From contig CBDAUL010000010.1 in the NCBI GenBank assembly GCA_965200475.1, forward strand, positions 580,118-644,117: a DNA stretch of 64,000 bases, read 5' to 3'. This DNA comes from Vicinamibacterales bacterium. GTDB taxonomy: Bacteria; Acidobacteriota; Vicinamibacteria; Vicinamibacterales; UBA8438. This document shows, piece after piece, positions 63,834-64,000 of this stretch; within the stretch, counting starts at the first letter, position 1; every line of letters starts with the position of its first letter. The position numbers were made by a program, and so were the translations under genes. Under the pieces are notes generated by a model. That model saw only the letters and a program-made list of their open reading frames with translations. It had not been told where the DNA came from and did not search any database.

Positions 63834-64000
63834 TCAGCGGTCGGGATTGACCTCCTCGACCGCGCCGTCGACCGCGGGCACGGTCCCGGTCCGCAGCCAC
63901 TCCTCGGTCCTGGCTCTCAACGCCGCGATCTCGGGGCGGCGGAGCTCGGCCGCCTCGAGCGCCGCGCGCATCGCGTAGTCCTCGTCGGCCCGCGCCGCGC
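63834..64000 (-). CDS. 3' end of an unidentified gene running off the right edge
   Basis: Own translation ..ADEDYAMRAALEAAELRRPEIAALRARTEEWLRTGTVPAVDGAVEEVNPDR-stop (TGA at 63834-63836). Not in the ORF track. Confidence 0.3.
   Translation of the reverse strand, partial: AARADEDYAMRAALEAAELRRPEIAALRARTEEWLRTGTVPAVDGAVEEVNPDR

Noticed and set aside
1-64000. CRISPR arrays, rRNA genes, retron/DGR reverse transcriptases, and additional tRNAs.
   Set aside because: I found no regularly spaced short direct repeats, no rRNA-like conserved blocks, and no reverse-transcriptase motifs (YxDD) in any long ORF. The only cloverleaf I could fold is at 14507-14583. The 44977-44993 copy is only a 3' fragment.

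Overview
High-GC (by eye roughly two thirds G+C) bacterial chromosome segment of uncertain phylum. It is dominated by mobile DNA clustered around one tRNA-Arg(ACG) gene at 14507-14583. (1) 1-14495 is the right-hand end of an ICE- or conjugative-prophage-like element. It carries a translationally coupled minus-strand T4SS operon (VirB2, B3, B4, two tandem VirB9 paralogs, B10, a TrbJ-like gene, B6, and B8 cut by the window edge), a replication module (DnaC-like ATPase, initiator-like protein with internal iteron-like repeats), a divergent Cro-like / CI-LexA(S24)-like switch, and a tyrosine integrase ending 12 nt before the tRNA. (2) 14584-44993 is a ~30.4 kb insertion bounded by the tRNA 3' end and a displaced copy of that 3' end at 44977-45005. 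It consists of at least two related P4-type-integrase islands joined in tandem, with recombination scars and pseudogenised copies of the island core. Island 1 cargo is riddled with IS elements: an IS4-family element nested inside an IS1182-family transposase gene, and a 3.1 kb IS21-family element. These ISs split a ~662-codon gene that can be rejoined in frame. Island 2 cargo is the most interesting part. It holds an RHH / C5-cytosine methyltransferase / HhH-GPD glycosylase operon, converging on and overlapping a tightly coupled operon of an ECF-sigma-like protein, a ParB-N-domain protein, an SNF2 helicase and a small PD-(D/E)xK nuclease. Next to it lies a decayed type III-like mod/res pair. 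I cannot assign this seven-gene locus to any named defence system. (3) 45.0-64.0 kb looks like ordinary chromosome: serine hydrolase, SMP-30-like propeller, cytochrome-c/copper-monooxygenase-like protein, cupin, RND pump, PQQ dehydrogenase, a DUF1592/DUF1552 pair and an ankyrin protein. A small lower-GC islet there carries TA remnants. No rRNA and no CRISPR array were seen. All functional calls come from reading motifs in the supplied translations; no database search was possible.
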